A stretch of 64,000 nucleotides of DNA, from IMG/VR virus record IMGVR_UViG_3300035150_000049. One strand, given 5' to 3'. Within the stretch, counting starts at the first letter, position 1, and each line of letters starts with the position of its first letter. Under the pieces are notes generated by a model. The model was not told where the DNA came from, made no database searches, and worked only from the letters and a program-made list of their open reading frames with translations. Shown here one piece after another: positions 1-10,387 of this stretch. This DNA comes from an uncultured virus (IMG/VR IMGVR_UViG_3300035150_000049) (lineage: Duplodnaviria; Heunggongvirae; Uroviricota; Caudoviricetes). Made by a program: the position numbers and the translations under genes.

Positions 1-1948
1 TTTGTGCCCACAGTTGGCCACCATTTATGCATAGGAAGCCAGATGAATGACCTATAGCGTATGAACGAAGTGCATCAATTGCACCGCTTACGTCAGCATA
101 ATAACCATAGGTGCCGCCCGTAGCGACTGCATCACGCGCGGTTATATTTGAATTGATGGAATATGTAGAACAATTAATACTCGTGCTAAACGTTGTTAAA
201 ATTGCGCCGCCGTCAAAACCCACGGCACCACGCGGATTTGTTGCTGATGTAACAAAACTAATATCTTGTGCATCAACAAGGCCAGATCGTAGTGTTAGAA
301 TACATGAATATCCGCTTGCTGAAATAGCACAGTTCGATATTGTTAATAGCGTAGCGTCGGTAGACTCAATTGTCCACGAAGAACCAGAAGCATCAACGTA
401 AAAACCACTCAGTAATATACCGTTGGTTTGACTGGCTATTGTTAGGCCAGACGAGGATATAATTCGGTTTGGTTTGAGCGTTATTGACGCGCCGAAATTC
501 ACTAACCCCGCCGGCCATGCCGCCGCCGTTAAAGTATTATTCGAGACACCCGTGAGCGTAATCTCACTAACACTACTTCCATCCCAGGTAATAATTTTAT
601 CGTCCGCCGCCCACCCGTCGGCACCGAAGTCAGGGTTACCGGCGCTCACAAGTACCGTTAATACGCTGCCGGAAATCGTAAATTGACCACCGCCGCTCGT
701 GGTGCCACCGTTGGTACGTCCGGCGCGATTGTTCGGGACCCCAATGGCAGTCCATATAATTGTGCCATCATTTGTGGTGCCGCCTATCTGCGTCGCCCAG
801 GTAGGTTCCGTGCCGCCACTCGTACCGCCGGTAGTACACATATAGGCTAACCCGTTTGCCGAGGTGGGGCGTACAATGTCGCGCGGGTCAACGCCGCTAT
901 ATGCCGTGGTTGCAGCCCAGGCCCCATAGCTTGTATCAACGCCGTTAACGTAACTCAGACCTGTTAAGTCGCGTGTGTCGCCCTGAATGGTTAGCTGACT
1001 TGCCGACGCGGTCAACAAATCTTCAAAAACCAACGTTTCGGTATACGTGCCGGCATCTACCGCAATGGTACAGTTCGATACAAGTTTTCCACCCTTGAAA
1101 AAATCGTATGCGTCCTGAATAGTCGTGTAGTCGCCGCCCGCCGCTTTGACGGTTTTGGTAATACCATCCAAAAGCCGCACATTGCTACCAAGGCCAACCC
1201 GGTCGTTGATCCATATACGCGCGTCTTCGAGACGATCTTTGTTCGTAATTGTCGTTGCGCCACCGCGCAGCACCCAAAATCGAATTGGCACGAATAAGTC
1301 AATGGCATTATCAAGCGCCTCTTGCCGGTCGGTGAAATCGAGCGGGTCGATATTTTCATCCTGCGCGGTGGATATACTGGACGCTAATTCATTATCCTGA
1401 TTGAGATAAACCAATGCCACTACCCACTCCCCTGCGCCGGGAATGTCACCGGATAAATCAATCAACCCGCCGGGGAATAAAGTATAATTGCCATCGGCGT
1501 CGATATATTTCCACTCTGAAACGCCAACCTCGGTAGTGCTCGCCGTGGCTTGCGTGCCGTCCCCGCCGGTCATGGCGGTACAGTAAAGATACGGCCATTT
1601 CCCGGCGTCGGTCCACATATTTTCTGCCGTCGAAGTATTCCCCAATCCGTCGCCGAACCCGGCTACTACACCACCCTCACGATAGACGCCGACGACCTCA
1701 AGTTGATTATTTTCGTTTCGTTGCAGGATAACCGACACGCCGGCGTAAGACAATGGAATGTTACCGCGTGCATAATGACGAGAAGGCGACGTATATCCAC
1801 CGGCCTGCCTGAACCGGACATACACAAGCTGATTGCTTACCGCTTCATCAACTAATACACGACCGTCTTCGGTTCCCAAAACCCCCTGAATAAAATCCAG
1901 GTTGTTCTGTTTGCGATACTTCGCCGCGATGCGTTCTATCGTGGTCAT
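1..1948 (-). CDS. tail spike/fibre with pectin-lyase-like beta-helix and inserted CBM5/12-like module (3' end runs off the window)
   Basis: Not in the ORF track because there is no stop in the window. Manual translation from ATG 1948, which overlaps the upstream stop as ATGA, gives MTTIERIAAKYRK... It contains the beta-helix cap GGDYTTIQDAY...TIAVDAGTYTETL and the module WAATTAY...VRPTSANGLAYMCTTGGTSGGTEPTWATQIGGTTNDGTIIW. Confidence 0.8.
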   Translation of the reverse strand, partial: MTTIERIAAKYRKQNNLDFIQGVLGTEDGRVLVDEAVSNQLVYVRFRQAGGYTSPSRHYARGNIPLSYAGVSVILQRNENNQLEVVGVYREGGVVAGFGDGLGNTSTAENMWTDAGKWPYLYCTAMTGGDGTQATASTTEVGVSEWKYIDADGNYTLFPGGLIDLSGDIPGAGEWVVALVYLNQDNELASSISTAQDENIDPLDFTDRQEALDNAIDLFVPIRFWVLRGGATTITNKDRLEDARIWINDRVGLGSNVRLLDGITKTVKAAGGDYTTIQDAYDFFKGGKLVSNCTIAVDAGTYTETLVFEDLLTASASQLTIQGDTRDLTGLSYVNGVDTSYGAWAATTAYSGVDPRDIVRPTSANGLAYMCTTGGTSGGTEPTWATQIGGTTNDGTIIWTAIGVPNNRAGRTNGGTTSGGGQFTISGSVLTVLVSAGNPDFGADGWAADDKIITWDGSSVSEITLTGVSNNTLTAAAWPAGLVNFGASITLKPNRIISSSGLTIASQTNGILLSGFYVDASGSSWTIESTDATLLTISNCAISASGYSCILTLRSGLVDAQDISFVTSATNPRGAVGFDGGAILTTFSTSINCSTYSINSNITARDAVATGGTYGYYADVSGAIDALRSYAIGHSSGFLCINGGQLWAQ

Positions 1949-4900
1949 CCCCACACCTCGATTCCACGCATAGCACGGTCACCGTGGTTTGGGCCGTTCA
2001 TGCCGCGTATTGACGCGCCGAAATTCGACGAATACCAAAGATCGTTCGTGCCGCCTGCGCCAAATAGTTGTAAGCCAAGTAAATCACCCTGCCGCATTCG
2101 AACACTCACAGCATTTAAGCCGATTTCGCCCCGGTCATCCCAAGTCGCGCCCGCGTCGATTGAGGTATATAGGTGCGGTGTGATACCAATGGTCATAATG
2201 ACAGCAATAATTGACGAACTCAATTGTGACACCGCGATACCGTTAGCGGTGTATGCGGTAGCGTCAGCGTCAGGATTAATTTCAACAGCAGCAGCGTCGG
2301 CAATTTTCCATAGCGCGTCTCCGCTACCCGTGACACAGCGCGACGCAATATAATAATGCGGCGTGTTATCATTGATATTTTTTGTGGTCGCACCGGGGAT
2401 TTGCCAGAACGGAATCGCAACCATAATACCCTGGCTGAATACCGACGCCGGCGTATTTGTTTCATCGGCGTATGCGCCACCTTCGGTTGTCGTGATACGC
2501 GCCTTGTTGTTACCGCCGCCAATGGCGCTATCGCCGATTTTTATGGCGTCAAAACCGCACGCCGATCCCACGCCCGGCGCGGTCCCGATAGCAACCGCCG
2601 CTGCCCAACTCCCCCCGTCATCACTGCTGTACCGGCTATACGCCGACCCGGTGCCACTGGCGTCGCCGTTTATGTCAACATCAATTGACCCGGAGTTATC
2701 CCCGTAAACGGTATCTTCAAACGTCCACTTCCAGCGCTCGTTATTACCATCAATTTCAATACTATAGGTATGCGTCGCGTTATAAGGGGGGAACTCGAAA
2801 TCTAACGGTGCGTTGCTTGACCAAAAGCCTCCAAATTCTCCCACGTTCCACCTGAAGGCGTTTTGAGTCGCCCAGTTGTCGTCTGAGCGATAAAACGCAT
2901 CCTGCCTACCATTAGCCTCCCACGTGATGGTATTCGAAAAATCCAATGTATAGGTCACGTGCGGCGATGTATATAGCGCTAATTGATCGCCGATGTCGCT
3001 CGTGCCGGGGATGGATAATGATTCATTTATTGCTATCCCGGTCGGAATTTCAGACCGAATAATGTACACGCCTTCATCTGTCAGAACGATGCGTGACCAT
3101 TCGTTTGTGTCTATGGCGTTTTCGGTCCAGTCAACCGGATTTCCGGTGAAATTTTCAGTATACCAAAATTTCGAATTAATCCCATCCCACGTTAAACAAT
3201 ACGCCTCTAGTGAATTTTTTGGGCTTTTAAATTTAAAGTCTTTGATTTCTGCGCTTGTTGGCGAAATCTGTCGGAATGAGGGATTAGTACCCAAGAGATT
3301 TATCGATAGGAATAAGTCGCTTTCGTTCGTCGATATACTCTTACGATCCCAGCAAACAATTGTATTACCGTTCGATGGCGGTCCCACAAAAAGGTCTGGT
3401 TTCGACGGGGGCTTTTGATAAAATGGCGGTACGTACCCAACACTGTTGTTTCTTTGCCACCACGGTTCTAGTGCGAGTTCGGGAAGCGGCGAAAACGGCG
3501 GCAATTCGGGCAAATAATAATCAACGCCAAACGCAGGAATAATAGGTTGTGTCTGCCCGGCAACGCCTTGAGTCTCAAGACGAAATCGAAGTTGTACCGT
3601 CCGGATATTCGTTTCATTGCTAAATGTATGGCTAATTTCTGTAAGCGTCCATCTGTCAGAAGTTGTATAGGTATTGCGCCCCAATGTATCATCAGAGGCA
3701 ACTGTGAATTTAAACCATTCAGAATGCGAGGGCTGCAAAATCCAATACCCGCCATTACAATCAAGCGTCAGTCCGTCGGCGGGATTGACTGCTGCAAAAT
3801 GATCGCCGGTGCGTTGATTTATTTCGGCTTGCGCATTTTCATCAGAAATATCTGCCTCCAGAATTTGTCCCGGTAAATTGCCGATCCCCGGCGCGGCGTC
3901 CTGCGCGCTTCCCGGTGCAATGGACAAAAGCGGCGTAACTTCTTCTGTTGCCGTGTTGAAAGCGCCACCGCTCCCATTGACAATCCCGGTTGATTGCGCA
4001 CCATCGACGCCAATCCCGATATTAATCCAGTCTTTATTAGAGCCGTCGCTCAATACAACCGTAAGTGCGTTACGTTCGGCAGATGTGAGATAATTTGCAG
4101 ACCGCGATACAAAAGACTTACCACGACAATCTAATTCCATGCGCGCATTTACACTGCTCATAATGTAATTGATGGCGCTCCAAAGATTTTGTTCGGCAAC
4201 CGTAAACTCGCGCTCAATATAAGTATCGGTCTTATCATCAAAATTCAATGAATGCGAAGTTAGAAATGTACTGTATTCGGCAAGGACGTATACCACCGAG
4301 CGCCAGGGCGTCATTGTGTCGATTTCGTCCCACGCCGTCGGCGATGTATCATTGATAATCGTAAGAATGGGTGAGTGCAGGCGTTGCAACTGTTGGGAAA
4401 CGCTTTCAATCTCATAAGTCGTGGTTGCATTGATGATATAGTTTTCGTCTTCACGCGCCGCATCGGATTCGGTGCGTAATCTGCCATGAAATTCAACATT
4501 GCCAATGAGCGGGCCTTCATCGCTCTCGGATGGCATCTCGCCATTTGAAAAATGCTCCACTGACCAGATAACGCATTGCTCAAGGTTCAGGCGGCTTTCA
4601 ACGTCGTCAAAAGCTTCTATCGTTGCCGACCACCCGTTTTCAGCAGAACCATTTATAGTCGCGCCGCCGTAGCTATCTTCTGGCAAAAAACCTGATCCGT
4701 GCGCCAACACGGGAATTTGTCGCGTCGTTGTTCTCGCGCCGCTATCGGTCACAATAAGCTGTACATGCCGAAAGCCGACCGGGAAACGATAAGTTACCGC
4801 TGCCGTTGCCGTACTTCCAGCAACAACACTCCCGTCTGGTGACGACCATGCATAAGTCGAAATTGCTGCGCCATCGGTCGCGGCAAAAGCGCCAGCACTA

Positions 4901-5403
4901 AACGCAATTTCTAATGTGTTGCCAATCGTACCATCTACCCAGCCAACATAGATTGAATCTACGTCATAAATTACCGGCGGTAATTGCCGAAACGTTATGT
5001 CCCAGTCAACCAAGCGAACGCCGCCGCTTTCACGACTGAGCTTAGGCAACACTGCATAATCGTCATAAAAAGCAATTTTATCACCGACCTCGATATCACC
5101 GCTCGTTTCATTGATATAAACCGTTGTGCCTGCCGCCGCCTTGCGCGCGCGACCAAAAAAGAACGCCTTTTTGTAGTCACTGCTTTTACTGATACGACAT
5201 ACCATGCCGGCCTTAATGTTTGCCGTGCTACCCGTCGAAGTCGAAACAGTCAACGATGCAAATGAGGTTGTAGACGGTACGGCAGTCACAGAGCCGGTAT
5301 GTACTTCGGTCTGCGGTAAAAACGAAATATACTGCGTAGCGGCATATTTATAATCGCGCAGTTTTGTTTTCTGTCCGGTTGACAGCGCCTCCATCAAGCT
5401 CAT
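1945..5403 (-). CDS. large tail tip/hub protein with C-terminal Asp-box (BNR)-like repeats
   Basis: 1152 aa, positioned after tape measure and the Dit-like gene; Asp-box-like motifs YSSDDGGSW, YTSIDAGATW, YSSNFGAS. Confidence 0.65.
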   Translation of the reverse strand: MSLMEALSTGQKTKLRDYKYAATQYISFLPQTEVHTGSVTAVPSTTSFASLTVSTSTGSTANIKAGMVCRISKSSDYKKAFFFGRARKAAAGTTVYINETSGDIEVGDKIAFYDDYAVLPKLSRESGGVRLVDWDITFRQLPPVIYDVDSIYVGWVDGTIGNTLEIAFSAGAFAATDGAAISTYAWSSPDGSVVAGSTATAAVTYRFPVGFRHVQLIVTDSGARTTTRQIPVLAHGSGFLPEDSYGGATINGSAENGWSATIEAFDDVESRLNLEQCVIWSVEHFSNGEMPSESDEGPLIGNVEFHGRLRTESDAAREDENYIINATTTYEIESVSQQLQRLHSPILTIINDTSPTAWDEIDTMTPWRSVVYVLAEYSTFLTSHSLNFDDKTDTYIEREFTVAEQNLWSAINYIMSSVNARMELDCRGKSFVSRSANYLTSAERNALTVVLSDGSNKDWINIGIGVDGAQSTGIVNGSGGAFNTATEEVTPLLSIAPGSAQDAAPGIGNLPGQILEADISDENAQAEINQRTGDHFAAVNPADGLTLDCNGGYWILQPSHSEWFKFTVASDDTLGRNTYTTSDRWTLTEISHTFSNETNIRTVQLRFRLETQGVAGQTQPIIPAFGVDYYLPELPPFSPLPELALEPWWQRNNSVGYVPPFYQKPPSKPDLFVGPPSNGNTIVCWDRKSISTNESDLFLSINLLGTNPSFRQISPTSAEIKDFKFKSPKNSLEAYCLTWDGINSKFWYTENFTGNPVDWTENAIDTNEWSRIVLTDEGVYIIRSEIPTGIAINESLSIPGTSDIGDQLALYTSPHVTYTLDFSNTITWEANGRQDAFYRSDDNWATQNAFRWNVGEFGGFWSSNAPLDFEFPPYNATHTYSIEIDGNNERWKWTFEDTVYGDNSGSIDVDINGDASGTGSAYSRYSSDDGGSWAAAVAIGTAPGVGSACGFDAIKIGDSAIGGGNNKARITTTEGGAYADETNTPASVFSQGIMVAIPFWQIPGATTKNINDNTPHYYIASRCVTGSGDALWKIADAAAVEINPDADATAYTANGIAVSQLSSSIIAVIMTIGITPHLYTSIDAGATWDDRGEIGLNAVSVRMRQGDLLGLQLFGAGGTNDLWYSSNFGASIRGMNGPNHGDRAMRGIEVWG

Positions 5404-5840
5404 AACGCGACCATCTTTCTAAACTGAATAACATAATTTCGAGAATAACGCCCGACCCAATCCTGCTCACTGAGCTTGGAGAGCCATATCACGGCATTGT
5501 AATTAGCGAATGAATCATCATTGTTATCGGTTGTCGTTCGCACTGTCACCAATCCGCTATATCCGCCGCTACAATAAGTGTCACGTAGATATTTTTCTTG
5601 CGCTTTTGTGACCACCGCCAATTGCCAAGACGTGGCAGGGTAGCCACTAAATTGTTTCTCGCCGCTCGGTTTTACGCGCTGCAAGCCGGGATCATAAAAT
5701 CCATAACTCCTCACAGTACCAAAGGTGCGCGGGTAATCTTCCGCGTCGGCTTGTGTTCCCTCTAATGTCACCAACCCGGCAGCGTTATTGTTCCCCGCGG
5801 CGATTTGATAATTTGCTTGGCGTACCGGCGTCTCTGGCAT
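5400..5840 (-). CDS. putative distal tail protein
   Basis: 146 aa immediately after tape measure; assigned by position only. Confidence 0.45.
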   Translation of the reverse strand: MPETPVRQANYQIAAGNNNAAGLVTLEGTQADAEDYPRTFGTVRSYGFYDPGLQRVKPSGEKQFSGYPATSWQLAVVTKAQEKYLRDTYCSGGYSGLVTVRTTTDNNDDSFANYNAVIWLSKLSEQDWVGRYSRNYVIQFRKMVAL

Positions 5841-8371
5841 TAGCCTAAAATCCTCGACACAATCTCACCCACTGCGCGACCCACTCCGACCGGGCTAACT
5901 TGCGACTGCATGGTGATATTCGTATTGATTTGGTTCTGATTAAAAATTTGCTGCGCGCGATTTGCCAGCCCTTGTAGCGCCGGAAAAAAACTTGCAAACT
6001 GTTGCAGAATATTTTGATTGGCTTGTTGTTGTAATTGTATGCGTTTCCGTGCTGCCTGATTAATGAGTTGTAATTCCTGGTCGGCGGCAGTGCTACGAAT
6101 CTGTAACTCACGTTGCGTTTTTTCGATAAGCAACCGTTCTTCGCGCCGATAGTTCAAGCGCAAATCTTCTAGCGCGCGCTGCCTGTTGATTTCAATTGTT
6201 TCGCGTTCCCGGTCAAACGCAAGTTGTGTATCCTGTAACTGTTGTTCGTATTGCACTAATCGCGCCTGTCGTTCGCGTTCGGCGTTGCGTGCAATGTCCT
6301 GTAATTCCTGGTCGGCGGCTAATTGACGTTCCCCCTGAGCGCGCGTCGCTTCAATGCCAAGCGTTTGTTCTTGAAACGCGGCTTGTCGCCGGGATCGAAA
6401 CAGCGCCGCAAAGTCACGATTAGCAATCAAATCAAGTTCCTCAAATTGTTGTTGTCGGCGAAGGTCTTGTAATTTGTTTGCGTGCTCGCGGAACGCGCGT
6501 GCCTCTTCGCGCTGTATTTCAACCTGTGCGTCCAACCGCTCAAATGCGGCGTCTTGCTCACTAGAAGCAAAGTCCCTGTTCAGGTCGCGCGCCAAATCCT
6601 GGCGATCCTGTTGCAGGCTCCTGAATGCATCTTCGGTATCGCGCGCTATATCGGTTGCAAGATCAACCAAACCATCGGCAAGTTTACGCTGCATATCGCG
6701 ACGTTTATCCGCCGCCTGTGTCTCGATACGGTCAATATCACTTGCGAGTTTCTCATTGGTTGCAAGTGTTTTCTGCGCACGTTCCTCTTCCGCCGCCTGT
6801 AGCTCATTCGTCATTGCTGCACTACGCGCCGCTGTACCCGCGTAGAATTTAAAATCTCCTTCCGCTTCTTTGAGCTTCGCGTTTACTTCTGCAAGTGCGC
6901 TCTGCACTTCTTCTGAGGTCTGATCTAATTCCATTAACGCTGCGCGCTGTTCGCGCAGGGCTTCAATCTGCGCTTGCGCTTGTTCCTGCCCGGCAATACG
7001 CTGCTCGGTTGTCAGGTCTTTGATAATGCGCCCACGCTCAAGTTCGTCATCGGTTGCAGATTGAATATCGCTGATTTGCTGTTTGAGCGCCGCGCTTTCG
7101 GCTTCGCGCGCCGCAATAACGGGTTGAATATCGTTGACCAGCATAGCAAGCGCGGCAGATTCATCATCACGCGCCGTGTTCAATTCATCTATACGCGCGA
7201 TAACATCTTCGTTGGTTTGGTCAAGCTTTTCAAGCTCGGCGAGTTCGGCGTCAATAGCAGAGACTGACTCGCGGCGTTTGATAATTTCATCATTGATAGA
7301 TTGCAGTGTACCGGAGCGGAGAAGTTCGGCGCGGCGCTGTTCGGCGGCGGTAATTTCTTGGATATCAAGCACGCGCTTATTGGTTAATTCGCGCTCTGCA
7401 ATTGCAGCATCGTTCGTGACGGTTGCGCCCTCTCGCAATACCCCCTGTAATGCATCGTACTCTGCTCTAAGGCTTCCTAGTTCATCTTCGCTTGCGGTTA
7501 TCGCATTTGCAAGTTCCTCTTCACGTGTATCGAAAGCACGAATGCCCGCGCCAACGATGCCGCCAAGTGCGCCAAAACTATCTTCTAGGCCTTCGTTTAG
7601 TTGAGAATAGGCGCTTTCTGCACGCGCTAAATTCGCTTCCTCAGCAGCAATGATCTTTTCTAGTTCGTCGGCGCGCGTCTGGGCCTCTTCTGTTGTTAGA
7701 CCCTTCGCCACCTCACGGGTTATATTTGCTTGCGCTTCTATCGTGTCCGCAAGCAGCTTTGCTTGTTCATTCATGGCTTCGGTATACTGACTAATTTGTG
7801 AAGCTGCCGCCACTGCTGCTATACCCGCAACTACAAGTACGGCGGCAAGTCCCGCACCAGAACCGAGTGCTGTTCCTAGAATACCGGCTTTACCGGATGC
7901 TGCTACACTAGATGTTTGGAGCGCCATTATGCTGGTGCGTAAATTGCCGATTCCCTCTACCGCACCAAATATATCAGACCCAAACATGAGCACTTCGGCG
8001 CTTGCCGCATCGAGTGCGCCCGTCAATCCCCCAAGCGCGCTAAGTGCGGTATCGGTGCGCCCCACTAAATCGGCGTCGCCGCCATCTCCGCCGCTTGGTT
8101 TTTTAATTTTATTGAAATCATTCTGTTCATCGACGGCGCGTTGGGCCGCCTTTCCAATTTCAGTATATCTATCTGCTAGCGTGCCACCTTGTTTTGCAAG
8201 ACGATCAAAAATTTGATCTGTCACTTTCGATGATTGTGCAAGTGCGCGGTTTGCATCGGCAACCCTTAGCTGCGCATCTTCGACCGACTGAGCGCCCTGC
8301 AATGTTGTACCCAAAGATGCCCGATCGGTTTCCCATCGTATGCGATTCGTTGCTACACGCTCACTGCTCAC
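5840..8371 (-). CDS. tape measure protein
   Basis: 843 aa, Ala/Gln/Glu-rich coiled coil with Gly/Ala hydrophobic segments; follows the tail chaperones. Confidence 0.85.
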   Translation of the reverse strand: MSSERVATNRIRWETDRASLGTTLQGAQSVEDAQLRVADANRALAQSSKVTDQIFDRLAKQGGTLADRYTEIGKAAQRAVDEQNDFNKIKKPSGGDGGDADLVGRTDTALSALGGLTGALDAASAEVLMFGSDIFGAVEGIGNLRTSIMALQTSSVAASGKAGILGTALGSGAGLAAVLVVAGIAAVAAASQISQYTEAMNEQAKLLADTIEAQANITREVAKGLTTEEAQTRADELEKIIAAEEANLARAESAYSQLNEGLEDSFGALGGIVGAGIRAFDTREEELANAITASEDELGSLRAEYDALQGVLREGATVTNDAAIAERELTNKRVLDIQEITAAEQRRAELLRSGTLQSINDEIIKRRESVSAIDAELAELEKLDQTNEDVIARIDELNTARDDESAALAMLVNDIQPVIAAREAESAALKQQISDIQSATDDELERGRIIKDLTTEQRIAGQEQAQAQIEALREQRAALMELDQTSEEVQSALAEVNAKLKEAEGDFKFYAGTAARSAAMTNELQAAEEERAQKTLATNEKLASDIDRIETQAADKRRDMQRKLADGLVDLATDIARDTEDAFRSLQQDRQDLARDLNRDFASSEQDAAFERLDAQVEIQREEARAFREHANKLQDLRRQQQFEELDLIANRDFAALFRSRRQAAFQEQTLGIEATRAQGERQLAADQELQDIARNAERERQARLVQYEQQLQDTQLAFDRERETIEINRQRALEDLRLNYRREERLLIEKTQRELQIRSTAADQELQLINQAARKRIQLQQQANQNILQQFASFFPALQGLANRAQQIFNQNQINTNITMQSQVSPVGVGRAVGEIVSRILG

Positions 8372-8633
8372 GCTTCATCTCCGCCAAAACAGATTGATAT
8401 TCTTCGCCATAAATCGCCAGCCATAGGTGGATGTCGTCCATTAGTTTTTGGTCCTGATCCAACATCCCTCCCGCGTCTGGTAAAATGCCGTGTTTTTCAT
8501 ACGCCGTCGCCAGCCGTTCGATAAAATAGTAGTATTCCATTGTGCCGAAGCTAAAGTCCTCAATTGATTCTGGCGTATATATTGGCGGCAGTCCGGCGTT
8601 TGCTCTCGCGTGCTGGTATATACGGTCACGCAC
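8361..8633 (-). CDS. tail assembly chaperone, frameshift extension (gpT-like)
   Basis: Lies in the -1 frame of the upstream chaperone; open from the A-run at 8666-8673. Confidence 0.75.
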   Translation of the reverse strand: MRDRIYQHARANAGLPPIYTPESIEDFSFGTMEYYYFIERLATAYEKHGILPDAGGMLDQDQKLMDDIHLWLAIYGEEYQSVLAEMKREQ

Positions 8634-8656
8634 ACGCAGGTTTTCTCTACGCCGGA

Positions 8657-8989
8657 CTAGTCCGCTTTTTTTTCAATATCGGCCTCAAAAACCAATGAGG
8701 CCCCAACGAGCCAATCACCAATTGAAATCGGCAAATTAAGCCACGCCTCGAACTGTGCATTGGCCTCTTTTTCTGGCGTTTCCGCCGTGGTGGGCGTCCA
8801 GTCTTCGCATCCTTCGAGCGTGACGATGTGCGTACAAATCCCGGCATATTCCCATGCCGCGTTTGACAACACGTCATCAAAGCGTGCATTCAATTTCTGA
8901 TAGATTGCCGTTCTCACTAAACGATCTCGTACCTTTAGGCGCTTAATTGTCGCCGTTAGCCCCGTGAATTTGACCTCTTTTTGATTCAT
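8657..8989 (-). CDS. tail assembly chaperone (gpG-like)
   Basis: Between major tail and tape measure genes; ends GAA AAA AAA GCG GAC TAG. Confidence 0.75.
   Translation of the reverse strand: MNQKEVKFTGLTATIKRLKVRDRLVRTAIYQKLNARFDDVLSNAAWEYAGICTHIVTLEGCEDWTPTTAETPEKEANAQFEAWLNLPISIGDWLVGASLVFEADIEKKAD
8666..8673 (-). other. programmed -1 ribosomal frameshift slippery site (A AAA AAA G)
   Basis: Run of eight A at the end of the gpG-like ORF. The -1 frame has TGA just before the run and continues KKSGLVRRRENLRVRDRIYQ into the next ORF. Confidence 0.8.
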
Positions 8990-9861
8990 TACACGCAGTC
9001 CCTTAGATATTGATAAAGCGCCACGATATAAGCGTCATTTGCGGGAGGCGCTACAAATGTTATAGTTGCCGCCGAAGTGTCCACCGTATAATTCACCGTA
9101 TAGGTTTGCAGCACGCCATCGACCCATACGGCGACCTTGTCGCTACTTGCCTCGACGGGCGTTTTGCCGAGATTGAAAACGGTTTCTGCGCCATCACCAA
9201 GCCATGACTGTACATCGAGCGGGTATTCAGAATGGAACTCGATAATACCGGTTTCGCAGACGCCATAGTCTGTGCTTACGCTGGTATTCCAAGGCGTGCG
9301 ACTGCGCTTGCCGGTTGTCAGGCGGTATTGGTTGTCAGACCGCGCCCGGCTTTCGAGCGGAGAACCGCTAATCGGGACAAGCTGCGCGTTGATGAGAATA
9401 TATGAAGCATCGATTGGCAATCCTTTTGCGTCGGTCTTGCGCGAGATCGATTTGAATTGGTTGATGATGACACAGCTTTTCGAATAAGTTGGATTTTTCG
9501 GGAACAGTGCGCCCGATACCATGTCTCCGATCTCTTTAACGCTTGTGCCTTGCAACGCCGCGTGAATATCAAGATCGAATTCGGCGGCCACAATCACGCC
9601 TTCGCCGACCGCCTCCGGCTCGACCTGAATACTGTCGATCACGCCATCGTCACCCGGCCACTGAATCGTTTCGGTTTCTGGCAACGGGACGGGAGCGGAC
9701 TGTGCGCCTACCAGTTGATTGGTGCCGCCCGATCCATCCTGGTCACCGGCCGTAAGTGCGCCAGTCAACGGCTCAAGGCGTCCGTCGCTATTGTAATTGG
9801 AAAACCCGATATACGTTAGCCCGCCGCGAAGCGCCTCACGTACGTTTGATAAATCAGCCAT
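8989..9861 (-). CDS. major tail (tube) protein with C-terminal Ig-like extension
   Basis: Position in the tail module; C-terminal GDGAETVFNL...VWVDGVLQ...YTV...ITFVAPP motif. Confidence 0.75.
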   Translation of the reverse strand: MADLSNVREALRGGLTYIGFSNYNSDGRLEPLTGALTAGDQDGSGGTNQLVGAQSAPVPLPETETIQWPGDDGVIDSIQVEPEAVGEGVIVAAEFDLDIHAALQGTSVKEIGDMVSGALFPKNPTYSKSCVIINQFKSISRKTDAKGLPIDASYILINAQLVPISGSPLESRARSDNQYRLTTGKRSRTPWNTSVSTDYGVCETGIIEFHSEYPLDVQSWLGDGAETVFNLGKTPVEASSDKVAVWVDGVLQTYTVNYTVDTSAATITFVAPPANDAYIVALYQYLRDCV

Positions 9862-9871
9862 TTGCTAACTC

Positions 9872-10387
9872 CTATGGAAATGAACATTCCACTTCTGTTA
9901 AAATCGGAACCTCTAGAACAAATTCTGTTACTAGCGAAACCTGATTCGTTCCGCTTTCTTGCCTTGTTACGGCACCTTCGTCGCTTACAAGCGTTACGCC
10001 GCCTATACGGTAATCAAGATATGACGGCGGCGTTGGATAGTCCGTACTCACCAATAACTGCCCCGAATCGTCGCCGTTGCCAAGATCACTTAAAAGTGCA
10101 ACGCGAACCTCATCAATCATATCATCATGCATATCCTCGATCTCGCTCTCAATACCCTCGGTCCGATAGGCCGTTACTGCCAACACACGCACCTGCAATA
10201 TCTCGGCTGTAAAGTTAGCATCTAAAAATTCATATCGCGTCGCGCCAGTTTGGATGGTAATATATTTTTGACCCTCTCCAATAACCAAACAATAATGAAA
10301 AATTTCCCAGCCATCATCGGATAATTCATCGCGCAAGACCGCCGCGATACGCCGTCGAATGTCTTTGCGTTCACCAGGCATTGACAT
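9872..10387 (-). CDS. putative tail terminator/completion protein
   Basis: Acidic 171 aa ORF directly before the major tail gene. Confidence 0.5.
   Translation of the reverse strand: MSMPGERKDIRRRIAAVLRDELSDDGWEIFHYCLVIGEGQKYITIQTGATRYEFLDANFTAEILQVRVLAVTAYRTEGIESEIEDMHDDMIDEVRVALLSDLGNGDDSGQLLVSTDYPTPPSYLDYRIGGVTLVSDEGAVTRQESGTNQVSLVTEFVLEVPILTEVECSFP

Noticed and set aside
1..5403. Diversity-generating retroelement acting on tail genes
   Set aside because: No reverse transcriptase and no template/variable repeat pair seen in the window.
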